Positions 62,671 through 64,000 of a stretch of 64,000 bases of DNA are shown in pieces. The position numbers and the translations under genes are program-made. The notes under the pieces are model-generated. The model did no database searches. It worked only from the letters and a program-made list of their open reading frames with translations, and was not told the origin of the DNA. Numbering within the stretch: the first letter of the stretch is position 1; every line of letters begins with the position of its first letter. The stretch lies in assembly GCF_963921235.1 (NCBI RefSeq), contig NC_086108.1:64544001-64608000 (forward strand), given 5' to 3'. The DNA comes from Mobula hypostoma (Eukaryota).

Positions 62671-63168
62671 TAGCCCCCCCCCCCCACCTCCCCATTTCAA
62701 CTAACAGTATTCCGGAAAGGCTCATTTAGTTTTTAATCAAGTCTTGCTTGCAACAGGCTGCAGACATTGTCTCCCTTCATCAGGCTTTTTCCTAGGCACA
62801 CCTAAGGTTAGTGTAGATAAGAGATTTAGGTCCCATGAAGTAGTTGGAAGTGAATTTTTAAGGCAAGTTATAACGCTACTTCAGCACTATCAACCAAGGA
62901 TGAACTTTTGGACATTATATTTCCTTTGTGTCAAGTGCTGAGGAGTGTGCTTGCATTTACTGATGCACTTCCTTGAGGAAAACTTAGAAATAAAGGAACT
63001 GTTTGAAGTTCTTTCAGCCTCATATTCTTTTCCCATTCTCGTCCCTTGGGAAAATCATGAAAACCTCATCATTTGGGCCACCAGTTAAAATAGTTATGGG
63101 AGTCTGTTGATCTTTTTAGCTTTAAACCACAGAACAATTGTGGTAACCTGCTGGCTTCAGATGAGCAT

Positions 63169-63332
63169 AGAGTACGTGAAGTGAGAAAGCCAATATAAAT
63201 GTCACCATTGGTAAAACTGTCAATGTGCTAAACCAGACAAATACTTTGATGGGCAGAGAGTACATAAAGTGAGAAGGCCAATATAAATGTCACTTTTGGA
63301 CTGTCAGTGTGTTAAACCAAACAAATTCTTTG
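63169..63332. repeat. Diverged ~88-bp tandem duplication
   Basis: AGAGTAC...AAGTGAGAA(A/G)GCCAATATAAATGTCAC...ACTGTCA(A/G)TGTG(C/T)TAAACCA(G/A)ACAAAT starts at 63169 and 63257. Confidence 0.85.
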
Positions 63333-63399
63333 CCACTGCCTGAATGTACTTTTAAGTGGTAGGAAATGGAATTTAATAGTGATAATAATGGACTGTAAA

Positions 63400-63760
63400 G
63401 GCATAATTCTTAAGTAACTGGACGTAGCAGTGAGAATTTTGTATTTTTGATCTAGAGGGGGCTTCAAATCCCACCAGGATAGCTGTTTAGTATAATTGAA
63501 GATACTTATGGAAATTTAGAATTTCAAGACAAAACCTAGTTCTAGTAACTTTAACCATGAATCTCCTGGATTGAATTGTAAATTAAAACTATCTGGTTCA
63601 TTGATGCCCTTTAGAGAAAGAAGTCTAATCAACCCAACTCAGTCCACCAGAATTAGGTTCAGAACCACCAATGTGGTTGACATAACTGTTTGCTCTTTCA
63701 GGATCAATAAGTGGTAGATATTACTTGCTGGCATTGCCCACATCTTGTGAATGAAAAACT
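63400..63760 (+). mobile_element. Old elasmobranch SINE-like repeat
   Basis: B-box-like GCTTCAAATCCC, ATCTGGTTCATTGATGCCCTTTAG, AATGTGGTTGAC and a GCCCACATC...GAATGAA tail (recognised from memory). Confidence 0.45.
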
Positions 63761-64000
63761 TAAAATAATCTTGGAAAGCACATTGAATTTTAACTTTATG
63801 TTAATGTTTTCTAAAAAAATGAGTAGTAGAAGAAAAAGTGAGATTTTTCTGTCTGGTAATGTGTTATTCAGGAGTCCTTCTCAACCACTTTTGGAAAATG
63901 ACAGGAGCTGATAAGTACAGTGAACAGTTTGCGCATAGTTAGGTCCCATAAACAGTAAACATATTAAACTGTGTTTAGTGATGGATGATATGGAAGAAAG

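Noticed and set aside
63860..63911. SPSQPLLEND resembling NFIA exon 3 (SPSQPS...PENG)
   Set aside because: The similarity is short, the length is wrong, the acceptor is weak and there is no GT donor after GAAAATG. Exon 3 probably lies beyond the window.

Overview
This is vertebrate genomic DNA, most likely from a cartilaginous fish and probably a ray (inferred from the repeat landscape: HE1/V-SINE-like, DeuSINE-like, CR1, Rex-Babar and Penelope-derived elements). It holds the 5' end of a Nuclear Factor I gene on the + strand, best matching NFIA. A CpG-rich promoter/5' UTR (~1-2000) is followed by coding exon 1 (958-984, MYSPLCLTQ), a 5.4 kb intron 1 and the canonical 532-nt DNA-binding-domain exon 2 (6414-6945). 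More than 57 kb of intron 2 follows, with no recognisable exon 3. The first ~17 kb is almost transposon-free and motif-rich. From ~36 kb onward the intron is crowded with nested, dead elements: a near-full-length young CR1, two Rex-Babar LINEs, a Tc1 relic, a decayed Gypsy LTR element, Penelope fragments, two tandem R4/Dong-like elements, MITEs and SINEs. Nearly all other ORFs in the track are spurious or transposon debris. I found no demonstrably new biological system. The best leads are gene-regulatory: (i) a candidate recursive-splice/poison exon at 14694-14961 that reads in frame with exon 2; (ii) a three-uORF leader, including a polyproline-ending uORF whose stop overlaps the main start (TAATG); and (iii) intronic enhancer-like modules. 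Family assignments come from recognised motifs and memory, not from database searches.
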